Below, in pieces: positions 10,223 through 19,027 of a stretch of DNA of 64,000 bases; position 1 is the first letter of the stretch; each line of letters opens with the position of its first letter. The DNA is taken from contig JAFSAI010000016.1 of NCBI GenBank assembly GCA_017441065.1, positions 17,599 to 81,598 of the forward strand. The letters are read 5' to 3'. The stretch is from Bacilli bacterium (GTDB lineage: Bacteria > Bacillota_I > Bacilli_A > RF39 > UBA660). The translations under genes were made by a program, and so were the position numbers. The notes under the pieces were generated by a model, which was given only the letters and a program-made list of their open reading frames with translations, did no database searches and was not told where the DNA came from.

Positions 10223-11335
10223 CTAACTAAGTTCTGCTTTTGAAGTTAACTTAACAGAAACAGTTTTTTCTTTACCATCTCTTATTATTACAACTTTAAT
10301 TGTATTTCCTACTTTATATTTATATAATTCATACCTTAAATATGCTACATTACTAATTTCTTTACCATTTATTTCTTTAATAATATCTCCTGTTTGTAAT
10401 TTAGCATTTTCTGCTGAACTATTTTTAGTAACTGTAGCAATTAATACACCACTAGTAATTTCACCATAATTCGTATATCTATAATATGATGAAAAACGAT
10501 TTATATTAGATACATTATACATTTCTATTCCTAAGAAAGGATATTCTGTTGACTCACCACTTATCATTTGTTCAACTTTTTCAATTGCAGTTTCTATTGG
10601 TATTGCAAATCCCATTCCTTCTACCCCAGTTGAACTTATTTTAGCAGAAATAACACCAATTACTTCTCCATTTGAATCACACAACGGACCACCACTATTA
10701 CCACTATTAACGGCAGCATCTGTTTGTAATACATTCATAACATAATCACTACTTGAATTATTACTTGTAGAAACTTCTACTAATCTTTCTTTACCTGATA
10801 TAATTCCTCTTGTAACTGTCCATGAATAAGCATAATCTAAAGGTGCACCAACAGTAAATGTAGTATCTCCAACTCTTAGTGCTTCAGTACTACCTATATT
10901 AACTGCTTTAATATTGTCTTTAGTTTTAACTTCTAAAACAGCTATATCTGCATATTGATCTCCACCTAAAAGTTTTGCTTCCAATACATCTCCATCAGTA
11001 TAAGTTATTTCAAATTTATCTCCATCTGCAATAACATGATGATTAGTTATAATATATGATTTCTTGTTATCAATTTTATAAACAAAACCACTTCCTGATG
11101 AATATAACATATCATTTTTATATGTTGATACAATAATTACTGAATCATAAACTTTTTCAACTGCATCTGCAATTCCTTTATCAGTTACTGTAACATCTTT
11201 TTCAATTTTTGTTATAGTTTCTTGGAATAAAGTTGGAAATTTGTAAATAATTCCATATACTAAAAATACTCCTAAAAATACACCAAAAATTGTATAAATT
11301 ATTATTCTTGTTTTCTTACCAGAATTTTGTTTCAT
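10223..11335 (-). CDS. htrA: HtrA/DegP-family serine protease with C-terminal PDZ domain
   Basis: TM anchor, trypsin-like catalytic residues (TNHHV, DIAVL, GNSGGPL) and a PDZ segment (LQTGDIIKEINGKEI). Confidence 0.9.
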   Translation of the reverse strand: MKQNSGKKTRIIIYTIFGVFLGVFLVYGIIYKFPTLFQETITKIEKDVTVTDKGIADAVEKVYDSVIIVSTYKNDMLYSSGSGFVYKIDNKKSYIITNHHVIADGDKFEITYTDGDVLEAKLLGGDQYADIAVLEVKTKDNIKAVNIGSTEALRVGDTTFTVGAPLDYAYSWTVTRGIISGKERLVEVSTSNNSSSDYVMNVLQTDAAVNSGNSGGPLCDSNGEVIGVISAKISSTGVEGMGFAIPIETAIEKVEQMISGESTEYPFLGIEMYNVSNINRFSSYYRYTNYGEITSGVLIATVTKNSSAENAKLQTGDIIKEINGKEISNVAYLRYELYKYKVGNTIKVVIIRDGKEKTVSVKLTSKAELS

Positions 11336-12270
11336 TAATTTACCCTCACAATTTCTCTATAATTTATTGGAAATCCCATTGCTTCTAAAACTTTAGTAAT
11401 TTCTATTGTTTCTAATTTTCCATCTAAAACATCTAATTCATAACTTATTTCATTCATCATTAAATGAAAATCTTCATCTTTAAGTATTTGTTTCATAATT
11501 ATTATGATTGAAAATAAATCATTTACTCCGCAAATATATTCATAATCATCATTTCTTGGAATATTTAATAAATCATGATACTTAGTATGTTCAATTTTCT
11601 TATGAGTATGATTGTTAAAGCAAACATCTTCGTGAGCACATAGATTACGATAATTAGCAAGTATTGGTAGATAATTAACTAAACTATTTACTGATACTTT
11701 ATAAATATCTGCAATTTCTTCTTGATCCTCTCTTTGAAGAATTGAATAAAGTTCTCCCACTATTCCAAATGATAATACTTTTACTACTACCCATAAAGGA
11801 ATATATCCATAGTTATTAATATAGTGACTTGTCGCAGCATGTTGTTTACCATTAACATTTATTTGTCTTTTCATTTTTCTAAGTAAATCATTTATTTGTC
11901 TTGATTTATTATAATCTTGAACAAAATTTTCTGCATTTAAATAATGTTGCTCTTTAAATCCATGATTTTTACTCATTACATAAGACAAAATGCTTTTTAA
12001 GTTATTTTCTACTATTAAAATATTTTTAAATAGAATATTTCTTAATTGTCTATCAAAATTAAATATACCATATAATTCTCTAAAGTTAGTACCATAGATA
12101 AATTTTCTACTACCATCTTCTCTTAAGAATAAATGACGATATCCACTTAAAAAGAAATAGTTTTCTCTTAATAACACTTCTTTAGCATAATCAACATCAT
12201 CAATAACTAATCCCTTTTGCTTTAATAATTCAATTTGTTCATCTAAATTTTTAAATGTTTTAGACCCCAT
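11335..12270 (-). CDS. Abi_2 (AbiD/AbiD1/AbiF-like) abortive-infection family protein
   Basis: KTFKNLDEQIELLKQKGLVIDDVDYAKEVLLRENYFFLSGY.. and ..YRNLCAHED match the Abi_2 family layout. Its stop overlaps the htrA start (TAATG). Start taken at the ATG after AGGTGA. Confidence 0.8.
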   Translation of the reverse strand: MGSKTFKNLDEQIELLKQKGLVIDDVDYAKEVLLRENYFFLSGYRHLFLREDGSRKFIYGTNFRELYGIFNFDRQLRNILFKNILIVENNLKSILSYVMSKNHGFKEQHYLNAENFVQDYNKSRQINDLLRKMKRQINVNGKQHAATSHYINNYGYIPLWVVVKVLSFGIVGELYSILQREDQEEIADIYKVSVNSLVNYLPILANYRNLCAHEDVCFNNHTHKKIEHTKYHDLLNIPRNDDYEYICGVNDLFSIIIIMKQILKDEDFHLMMNEISYELDVLDGKLETIEITKVLEAMGFPINYREIVRVN

Positions 12271-12393
12271 ATTATTCACCTATATAAAATTATATCACAA
12301 GAAGCAATATAAATATATCTATTTTTATTGTAAATTTAGTAGTATTTTTGTGTTTTTTATGTGAATTTTGTTATAATTAATTAAGGTGATATT

Positions 12394-13284
12394 ATGCCGG
12401 CATTACATACACATTATAAATTTGGCCAAGATGTTTTAAATAAATTAAATAAACAATTACAAACAAATATAAAAAGTAACGTTAGTTACTATAATATGTT
12501 TAATCAAGGATTTGATAATTTATATTATTATTTAATAAATTGGAAATATTATAGAACTTTTGGAATACAAGCTCATAAACATAATATTGATTTATTTTTT
12601 GAAAATATATTTAATTATATAAAAGATAATAAACTAGAAAATAACTCAGAAATAACAAATATTATTTATGGATTTATAAATCATTACACTTTAGATACAT
12701 TATTACATCCCTATATTAACTATCAAGTTAAAAATTTAAATATACCTCATACTAAAATTGAATTTATGTTAGATAGTAAATTAACTGATAATAATAGTTC
12801 TAAATTTTATAAGACATTAATTCCTAAAATTAAATTTCCAAATAAATTAATTGAGTTATTAAATGAAGTATTTGAAAAAACATATAAAGAAAAAAATATT
12901 GGAAAAATATTTAATAAATCACACAATCTTGGTTATTATATTTATAGATATTTTATTAATGATAAATATGGAATTAAGACTTTCTTATATAAAATAATAG
13001 ATTTTATAATACCAAAAAAAGATATTAAATTTTCCAAAAATACTTTTTATTCAAAACAATTTGATGAAAGACTTTTAAATAGTAAAAAAAATATTTGGAA
13101 TCATCCAAACAATAAAGAAGAAACATATAATTATTCTTTTAATGAACTATATAATTTAGCAATTGAAGTTTGTACTAAACTTAATAATGATGCTTATGAA
13201 GTTTTAAATAATCGAAAAGACTTAGAAGAATTAATTAATAATATAAAATCAATTAATCTTAAAAGTATTCAAGAACTCCTTTAA
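12394..13284 (+). CDS. Zinc-dependent phospholipase C-like / metal-dependent hydrolase family protein
   Basis: N-terminal MPALHTHYKFG and further His clusters (QAHKHN, INHYTLDTLLHP), as in the bacterial zinc-dependent PLC superfamily. Assigned from motif memory only. Confidence 0.4.
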   Translation: MPALHTHYKFGQDVLNKLNKQLQTNIKSNVSYYNMFNQGFDNLYYYLINWKYYRTFGIQAHKHNIDLFFENIFNYIKDNKLENNSEITNIIYGFINHYTLDTLLHPYINYQVKNLNIPHTKIEFMLDSKLTDNNSSKFYKTLIPKIKFPNKLIELLNEVFEKTYKEKNIGKIFNKSHNLGYYIYRYFINDKYGIKTFLYKIIDFIIPKKDIKFSKNTFYSKQFDERLLNSKKNIWNHPNNKEETYNYSFNELYNLAIEVCTKLNNDAYEVLNNRKDLEELINNIKSINLKSIQELL

Positions 13285-13903
13285 CAATAGATTTTACTAA
13301 ATCTTTTTGATAATCTTCTTTTTGAAGTAATTCTCTTTCTTTTGCATTAGATAAAAAACCACATTCAATTAATACCCCAGGTACTTTAATTTTGTTATAC
13401 ATATAAGTATCAGTAGGTATTTTTTTTATATCCCTATTACTGTTTGTAAATTCATTCATACTATTTTGAATGGATTCTGCCAATAACTTATTGTCCATAG
13501 AAAAAAATACTTGAGGACCATAATAACTAGAATCACTTAAGTAATTTAAATGAATGCTTAAATATAAATCCGCATTACTTTCATTTATTAATTTAATTCT
13601 ATTATCAAAATCACTCTTTTTTCTATACTTAGCATTAGGAGTTGATAAATCATAATCACCATCTCTTGTTAAGATTACCTCAGCACCCATACTTCCCAAT
13701 TCTTTTTCTAAAAATAATCCAATACTTAAATTAATATTTTTTTCATATACATTGCCGTAACTAGTTCCCGGATCTTCCAAACCATGACCTGGATCAATAA
13801 CTATAATTTTGCCAGTAAGAGGCATTACAGCTTCAACTTTTAAAGAATACATAATTAATACACCAATAAAAAAGGTAAATAAAACGATAAAATATTTTTT
13901 CAT
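13259..13903 (-). CDS. cwlD: N-acetylmuramoyl-L-alanine amidase, CwlD-like (Amidase_3)
   Basis: Signal anchor, IVIDPGHGLEDPGT, SIHLN and ECGFLSN motifs; size and layout match germination-specific CwlD. Confidence 0.75.
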   Translation of the reverse strand: MKKYFIVLFTFFIGVLIMYSLKVEAVMPLTGKIIVIDPGHGLEDPGTSYGNVYEKNINLSIGLFLEKELGSMGAEVILTRDGDYDLSTPNAKYRKKSDFDNRIKLINESNADLYLSIHLNYLSDSSYYGPQVFFSMDNKLLAESIQNSMNEFTNSNRDIKKIPTDTYMYNKIKVPGVLIECGFLSNAKERELLQKEDYQKDLVKSIVKGVLEYF

Positions 13904-13926
13904 ACTTAATCTTATTTAAAATATAT

Positions 13927-13976
13927 AAAAAAATAACGGAGTGATAGGTTATTTCGTAAAATAAACCATCTCCGTT
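13927..13976 (-). terminator. Long-stem rho-independent terminator of element copy A
   Basis: AACGGAG..GGTTTATTT / AAATAACC..CTCCGTT stem followed by a T-run on the minus strand. The differences from copy B fall in the internal loop. Confidence 0.7.
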
Positions 13977-14195
13977 TTCAATTTGGAATAAATTCCTAGA
14001 TAATCTTTGTCCTCTATCTTCCCAAAAATATAGCCTTGGCCATATCATCATTCAAGTTATAGTGGGCTGGGCGAACCGAATTCGCATTACTCAAGTTTTG
14101 ATTGTTGACATTACCGTTCGAATTCACATTCCACGCATTGTAATTACTACCATTAAGACCGTAACGCGCAAATACATTCTCAAGACTACCTAACC
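13927..14195 (-). repeat. Copy A of a ~270-nt conserved element (candidate ncRNA; DGR template-repeat-like core plus conserved 3' hairpin)
   Basis: Roughly 85-90% identical by eye to 37091-37370 in the same orientation. Has an extended -10 TGATATAAT (about 14188-14196), an Asn-codon-rich A-avoiding core (14064-14168) that ends in a GC-rich GGTTCGCCCAGCCC segment, and a long terminator hairpin. Confidence 0.8.
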
Positions 14196-14206
14196 TAATT
14201 ATATCA

Positions 14207-14695
14207 TTATTTTTTGTTAATAACTTTATAGTTTTCCACAATTTTATCTAGTGAAATTGCACAATTAGCAGGTGATGGCGAATATAAATAAACTGCCGAA
14301 ACTTTAGTATTGTTAAAACAATATTTATTATAAAGTTCAAAAGCTTTTTTACCAGTACAATAAATATATTTTATATTAGTTTTATCTAATATACTTTTTA
14401 TATCATTAACAATAACATTTTTTATTGATGAATCAGATGATCCATCAATGTCACAAGATTCAATAACATCCCATAAAGCTATTTTATGTTTACTTAAAAA
14501 TTGTTTCTTATCATCTATAGACTTTCCAATATATTCATTAAAAACTATACTTAAAATTTGCCAAAATCTATTTTTCGGATGCATGTAGTAAAAGCCTAGT
14601 TCACGAGATTTAACTGAAGGCATACTACCTAATATAAGAATTCTACTATCACTATTATAGAATGCATCAAATGTATGATACACTTTATTTTCCAT
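14207..14695 (-). CDS. DNA-deoxyinosine (hypoxanthine) glycosylase, UDG-superfamily
   Basis: 162 aa; RILILGSMPSVKSRELGFYYMHPKNRFWQIL and SPSPAN motifs are typical of the small hypoxanthine-DNA glycosylase family. Confidence 0.7.
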   Translation of the reverse strand: MENKVYHTFDAFYNSDSRILILGSMPSVKSRELGFYYMHPKNRFWQILSIVFNEYIGKSIDDKKQFLSKHKIALWDVIESCDIDGSSDSSIKNVIVNDIKSILDKTNIKYIYCTGKKAFELYNKYCFNNTKVSAVYLYSPSPANCAISLDKIVENYKVINKK

Positions 14696-14724
14696 AAAAA
14701 ACCACCTAGTGATAAATATTATAA

Positions 14725-15699
14725 CTAATTATTATTAAATGATACAGTATTAATTAAATCTAATGTTTCTTTAAAATTAAAATCTCCATAAAACATAATA
14801 CCATACTCTACATCATTATCTATTATATGATAACTAATCAAGTTTTTATCATATATAAGAACATAACCAGATAAATCTCCGCGTATTTCACGCACTTCTT
14901 TAAATGAATGATGCGTATTGATATATAACGAGCATTTGAAATAATATTCTTCTAAAAAAGAAACAGAACTAAAAATAGAATGATTTTCTGGATGAAATTC
15001 TGAAATAAATTTATAAATATCTATATCTCTTTTTAAGTTTAGTTTATCAGAATAATACTCTCTATTAATAAAATCTTCAGCATAACCTGCACCAATTATA
15101 ACATTATTTGCCACTCCACTCATTATAGAAATTATTTTATTTTCTGCTATTTTATAAGATACATAATCAATTTCTTCTTTATAAATGTTATCGCTGGAAA
15201 AAACATTTTTTATTCTCATATTTTTAAAATAATAATAATCATTAACACTTACGTTATTAATATAAATTGGAGTACCATACTCTTTACTAGTATTATCGTC
15301 CATTTCAACAATATTTTCTTCGATTCTATCTATTGCATACATTAAAAATCCTTTATAAGAAAATAGGACACTAACAAATATTATTAATAAAGCTGCTATT
15401 ATTACAATATATTTTTTTCTTCTTTCTATAATTAATTGTTTTTTTGAGTAATCTATCGTATTTTCTATAGCATTATCAGCATTGTTATTATCTTTCTCAC
15501 CATTAATAATTTCAGTAATTGATACTTCTAAAATATTACTTAACGGTTTTAATAAAGACATATCCATTAAACAGACTCCGCGTTCCCATTTACTAACAGC
15601 ATTAACACTTACTCCTAATTTTTCTGCCAATTCCTTTTGCGTTAAATTTTTATCCCTTCTCGTTTCAGAAATAAATTCACCAATCTTTTTTTGATTCAT
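14725..15699 (-). CDS. Membrane-anchored XRE-family HTH regulator with extracytoplasmic domain
   Basis: N-terminal HTH_3 (LTQKELAEKLGVSVNAVSKWERG), one TM helix (YIVIIAALLIIFVSVLF) and a ~200-aa C-terminal domain of unknown function. Confidence 0.75.
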   Translation of the reverse strand: MNQKKIGEFISETRRDKNLTQKELAEKLGVSVNAVSKWERGVCLMDMSLLKPLSNILEVSITEIINGEKDNNNADNAIENTIDYSKKQLIIERRKKYIVIIAALLIIFVSVLFSYKGFLMYAIDRIEENIVEMDDNTSKEYGTPIYINNVSVNDYYYFKNMRIKNVFSSDNIYKEEIDYVSYKIAENKIISIMSGVANNVIIGAGYAEDFINREYYSDKLNLKRDIDIYKFISEFHPENHSIFSSVSFLEEYYFKCSLYINTHHSFKEVREIRGDLSGYVLIYDKNLISYHIIDNDVEYGIMFYGDFNFKETLDLINTVSFNNN

Positions 15700-15789
15700 A
15701 TTATCACACCTTCAATAAAAATCTAACATATAGTTTTTATAAAGTACACACACCATAAGTTTAATTTTAAAAAAAGTCCTTAATGGACT

Positions 15790-16581
15790 TTATACTAATT
15801 CTTTTTTATTATATTTTATATAAGTACTTAGAATAAATAATGTTGTTAATAAAAAACTTATTATAATCATTTCAAAATTTATAGAGTTATTAATTAAAAC
15901 GTTTCTAACATCTGCTAAAGTATAAACAGTAAAATATTTAAAAAATTCTGTTACTTCATTCATTTCAGATAATATTTGTAAGAAATAACTAATAAAAGTA
16001 ATACCCAAACTTATTCCAAAAGTGTTTTTTGTTTTATTAAAAAATGTAGAAATAAATAAATTTATTGCAAATAAAGGTAATGCAGATAATAATGGTGTAA
16101 TACTTAATAAAAGATATTGTTTAATATCAAATGTTCCACTTAATGTTAAACAAATAAGATTAAATATTCCTACGATTAATATCATTAAAATAATATAAAA
16201 AATTGCACAGATAATCTTTTTAGTTAAAATAGCACTTCTTTTTATTGGTAAAGAATTTAAATATTCAATAGTTTTGTCACTTTCTTCTTTTAAGACAATA
16301 GTTGAACCCATTATTGATGCATAAACTCCAGTTATTAGTAAAACAAAGATAAAACCTTCTGTTTTAAGCCATCCATAAGCTGTATCAATTGAGGCAATAT
16401 CCATATTAAATGCTTTTAACATTTCCTTAGGGAATATTTTCATCATTTCATCTATCATCTTAATATTATCACTATTAATTATTGAAGGATAAATAAGATA
16501 AACTGTCATAAATAATAATACTAATATACCTGTCCAAATTAAAAAACTTTTTAAATTAACTTTTAATTCTCTTTTTAACAT
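15790..16581 (-). CDS. ABC-2 type transporter permease
   Basis: 263 aa with six predicted TM helices, immediately downstream of the ABC ATPase gene. Confidence 0.7.
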   Translation of the reverse strand: MLKRELKVNLKSFLIWTGILVLLFMTVYLIYPSIINSDNIKMIDEMMKIFPKEMLKAFNMDIASIDTAYGWLKTEGFIFVLLITGVYASIMGSTIVLKEESDKTIEYLNSLPIKRSAILTKKIICAIFYIILMILIVGIFNLICLTLSGTFDIKQYLLLSITPLLSALPLFAINLFISTFFNKTKNTFGISLGITFISYFLQILSEMNEVTEFFKYFTVYTLADVRNVLINNSINFEMIIISFLLTTLFILSTYIKYNKKELV

Positions 16582-16591
16582 AATAATACTC

Positions 16592-17473
16592 CTATTTATA
16601 ATATTCTATAAATAAATCTTCTATAGAAACTTCTTCTATCAACAATTTTTTTATTTTATATTTATTAATTTTTTTTAATAAAACATTAGGATTTAAATTA
16701 TTAACAAATTTAACTATATTATCATGACTAGATATAATATTTAAATCTAAGTCTTTCTTAATTTTTTCAATATCTTCTGATTCAATAGTTAAATAAGTTA
16801 TATTATTTTTTACAATATTTTCAACATTATCTTCTTTAATTATTTTTCCTTCTTTGATTAAGCCAATTCGATCACATATTTTTGAAACTTCACTTAAAAT
16901 ATGCGTAGAATAAAGAATTGTTGTTCCTTTTTTCTTTTCTTCTAAAAGTAATTTATAAAATATATTTTGCATAATAGGGTCTAATCCACTTGTTGGTTCA
17001 TCTAATATTAATATTTTTGGACTATGCATTAACGCTAAAATAATTCCTAATTTTTTCGAATTTCCTAAAGATAAATCTTCTACTTTTTTTGTATCATCTA
17101 ATTTTAATAATTTAACTAATTCTTTTCTTCTTTTACTTATATTTTGTTCATAAAAACTTTCATGAAAATCCAACATTTCCTTAACAGTTAAATCATCATA
17201 TAAACAAATTTCACTAGGAAGATATCCAATTAACTTTTTTTGTTCTAAATTATTTTTTTCTAATTCTTTTCCATTAATAAGTATTGTTCCACTAGTTTTA
17301 TTAATCAAACTCATAATAGTTCTTAAAGTAGTCGATTTTCCAGAACCATTCGGGCCAATAAAACCATATATTTCACCACATTTTAACTTTAATGAAACAT
17401 CTTCAACACCCCTAATGGTCCCATAATATTTTTTTAAATTAATTATTTCTAATATAACATCTTTATCTTTCAT
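16592..17473 (-). CDS. ABC transporter ATP-binding protein
   Basis: Walker A GPNGSGKST, signature LSLGNSKKL, Walker B ILILDEPTSGLD. Confidence 0.9.
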   Translation of the reverse strand: MKDKDVILEIINLKKYYGTIRGVEDVSLKLKCGEIYGFIGPNGSGKSTTLRTIMSLINKTSGTILINGKELEKNNLEQKKLIGYLPSEICLYDDLTVKEMLDFHESFYEQNISKRRKELVKLLKLDDTKKVEDLSLGNSKKLGIILALMHSPKILILDEPTSGLDPIMQNIFYKLLLEEKKKGTTILYSTHILSEVSKICDRIGLIKEGKIIKEDNVENIVKNNITYLTIESEDIEKIKKDLDLNIISSHDNIVKFVNNLNPNVLLKKINKYKIKKLLIEEVSIEDLFIEYYK

Positions 17474-17489
17474 ATATTAATCCTCAATA

Positions 17490-18206
17490 CTATATTATAT
17501 TAATAATATCTCCATCTTCTGGAACAATAACATTACCAATTCTTTTTTCTTTTAATAATTCTCTTGTATCATTTTCCATATGACTTACAATAAACTTACA
17601 ATTCGGATATTTTTGACTTAATTCTTCTAAATGATTAATTCCCATATGTTTTTGAGTTCCATTTATAAACATACAATCACAAAACAAATAATCACAAATA
17701 CTAGATATATAATATACATTATTACATAATCCTGTATCACCAGTAAAACCAATTTTCATATTATCTTTTTCAATTACATATCCATAAGCAGGTTTCATTC
17801 TACCATGATTTACTAAATATCTTTCTATTTTATAATCTTCAATATTAAATTTATCATCAAAGCAAAATGCAGAATTAGTTTCTTTTAATACATCTTTAAA
17901 AGAATTTGGAAAAGCTAATTTAATTAAATTTACAATCTTTCTTTTTCCATTTCTACTACAATAAATATTAATGTTTTTATTTTCTGATTTTGATTTTAAC
18001 AACATATAAAATGGTATATCAAAAAAATGGTCTCCATGAAAATGAGTAATTAAAATATTTTTATAATCTCTAGGATCTTTATTTTGTCTAAATAAATACT
18101 TACACATACCATTTGGCATATCCACAATTATATTATCATCTATTAAATAAGAAGCACTATTATGTTCATTCCACATGCTTCCACTACCTACAACTTTTAC
18201 TTTCAT
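17490..18206 (-). CDS. MBL-fold metallo-hydrolase
   Basis: HxHxDH motif (ITHFHGDHFFD); 238 aa. Confidence 0.8.
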   Translation of the reverse strand: MKVKVVGSGSMWNEHNSASYLIDDNIIVDMPNGMCKYLFRQNKDPRDYKNILITHFHGDHFFDIPFYMLLKSKSENKNINIYCSRNGKRKIVNLIKLAFPNSFKDVLKETNSAFCFDDKFNIEDYKIERYLVNHGRMKPAYGYVIEKDNMKIGFTGDTGLCNNVYYISSICDYLFCDCMFINGTQKHMGINHLEELSQKYPNCKFIVSHMENDTRELLKEKRIGNVIVPEDGDIINII

Positions 18207-18264
18207 TATTACACTCCTATAATAATTATAGCATAAATAAAAAGCCTCTTATAGGCTTTTCAAT

Positions 18265-18871
18265 TTATTTGGATAATACTTTTTTATTCCATGAACGCTT
18301 ATTACAATTAGGACACTTCATATATCTTGTTCTATTAATATGCATAGCCCATAAAACACTTTTAAAAGTTGGAACATATTTATGATGACATTTACTACAT
18401 TCATAATATCCTGCAATTTGTTCTATCTTTAAACAATATGTAACGCCTATTATAAAAGGTATAAATCCAGTGATTATAATTAACACTCTATATATATCAT
18501 TCATTTCTACATAAGATGCAACAAATACACAAGTTATAACTATTATTGAAACTAATACACCAATAAATATTTCCAAACTTAATAACTGTTTGTCTTTTTG
18601 TTCTTTAAGTTTTACCATTTCTAATAAATTTTTTTCTAATCTTTTCTCGTTATCTTTCATATCTACCACTTCTCCACTAAATAAATCATTAATAGTAATA
18701 TTTAAAATTTTGCATAATAAAGGTATTATTCCAGAATCTGGCATACAAATACCATTTTCCCATTTTGAAATTGCTCTATCAGTAATACCTAATTTTTCTG
18801 CTAATTCAATTTAAGTAATTTTTTTCTTTTCTTCTTTCACTAATAAATTTACCTATCTTAATTTGATTCAT
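18265..18871 (-). pseudogene. Disrupted XRE-family HTH / TM / zinc-ribbon regulator
   Basis: ATG at 18871 gives MNQIKIGKFISERRKEK, then the frame is lost in an A7 run (T-run 18819-18825 on plus). The HTH continues in the +1 frame (..IT*IELAEKLGITDRAISKWENGICMPDSG..) with an in-frame TAA (18811-18813) where CAA is expected, and joins the tracked ORF 18265-18744 (TM helices plus CSKC..CPNC). Confidence 0.7.
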
Positions 18872-18990
18872 ATAGTTTTCCTTTCTTATTGAAATAATAT
18901 AATATTTTTTGCATAATTAACACGAACTTATAGTTGAGTTTACTATTTAATCATAACATAATATTGAATAAATATAAGTTTTAATGTATA

Positions 18991-19017
18991 AAAAAAGCCA
19001 GATAAGAAACTGACTTT
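18991..19017 (-). terminator. Rho-independent terminator
   Basis: Minus strand: AAAAGTCAG-tttctta-TCTGGCTTTTTTT. Same hairpin family as 20106, 22329, 25934 and 27863. Confidence 0.6.
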
Positions 19018-19027
19018 TATAATATTT

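Noticed and set aside
13927-14195. Copies A and B being a TR/VR pair of each other
   Set aside because: Differences between them include T/G, C/T and G/C changes and third-position changes, with no one-sided adenine pattern. Both retain the AAY codons, so both look template-like rather than diversified.
13833-14241. Tracked ORFs 13833-14051 (72 aa) and 14014-14241 (75 aa) as protein-coding genes
   Set aside because: They lie on the repeated ~270-nt element. The 75-aa ORF starts inside the glycosylase gene, upstream of the element's own promoter. The equivalent frame in copy B (37.1-37.4 kb) is closed by a stop, and a 2-nt indel breaks the frame upstream of the conserved core. No RBS is present. 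The 72-aa ORF runs through the terminator hairpin.
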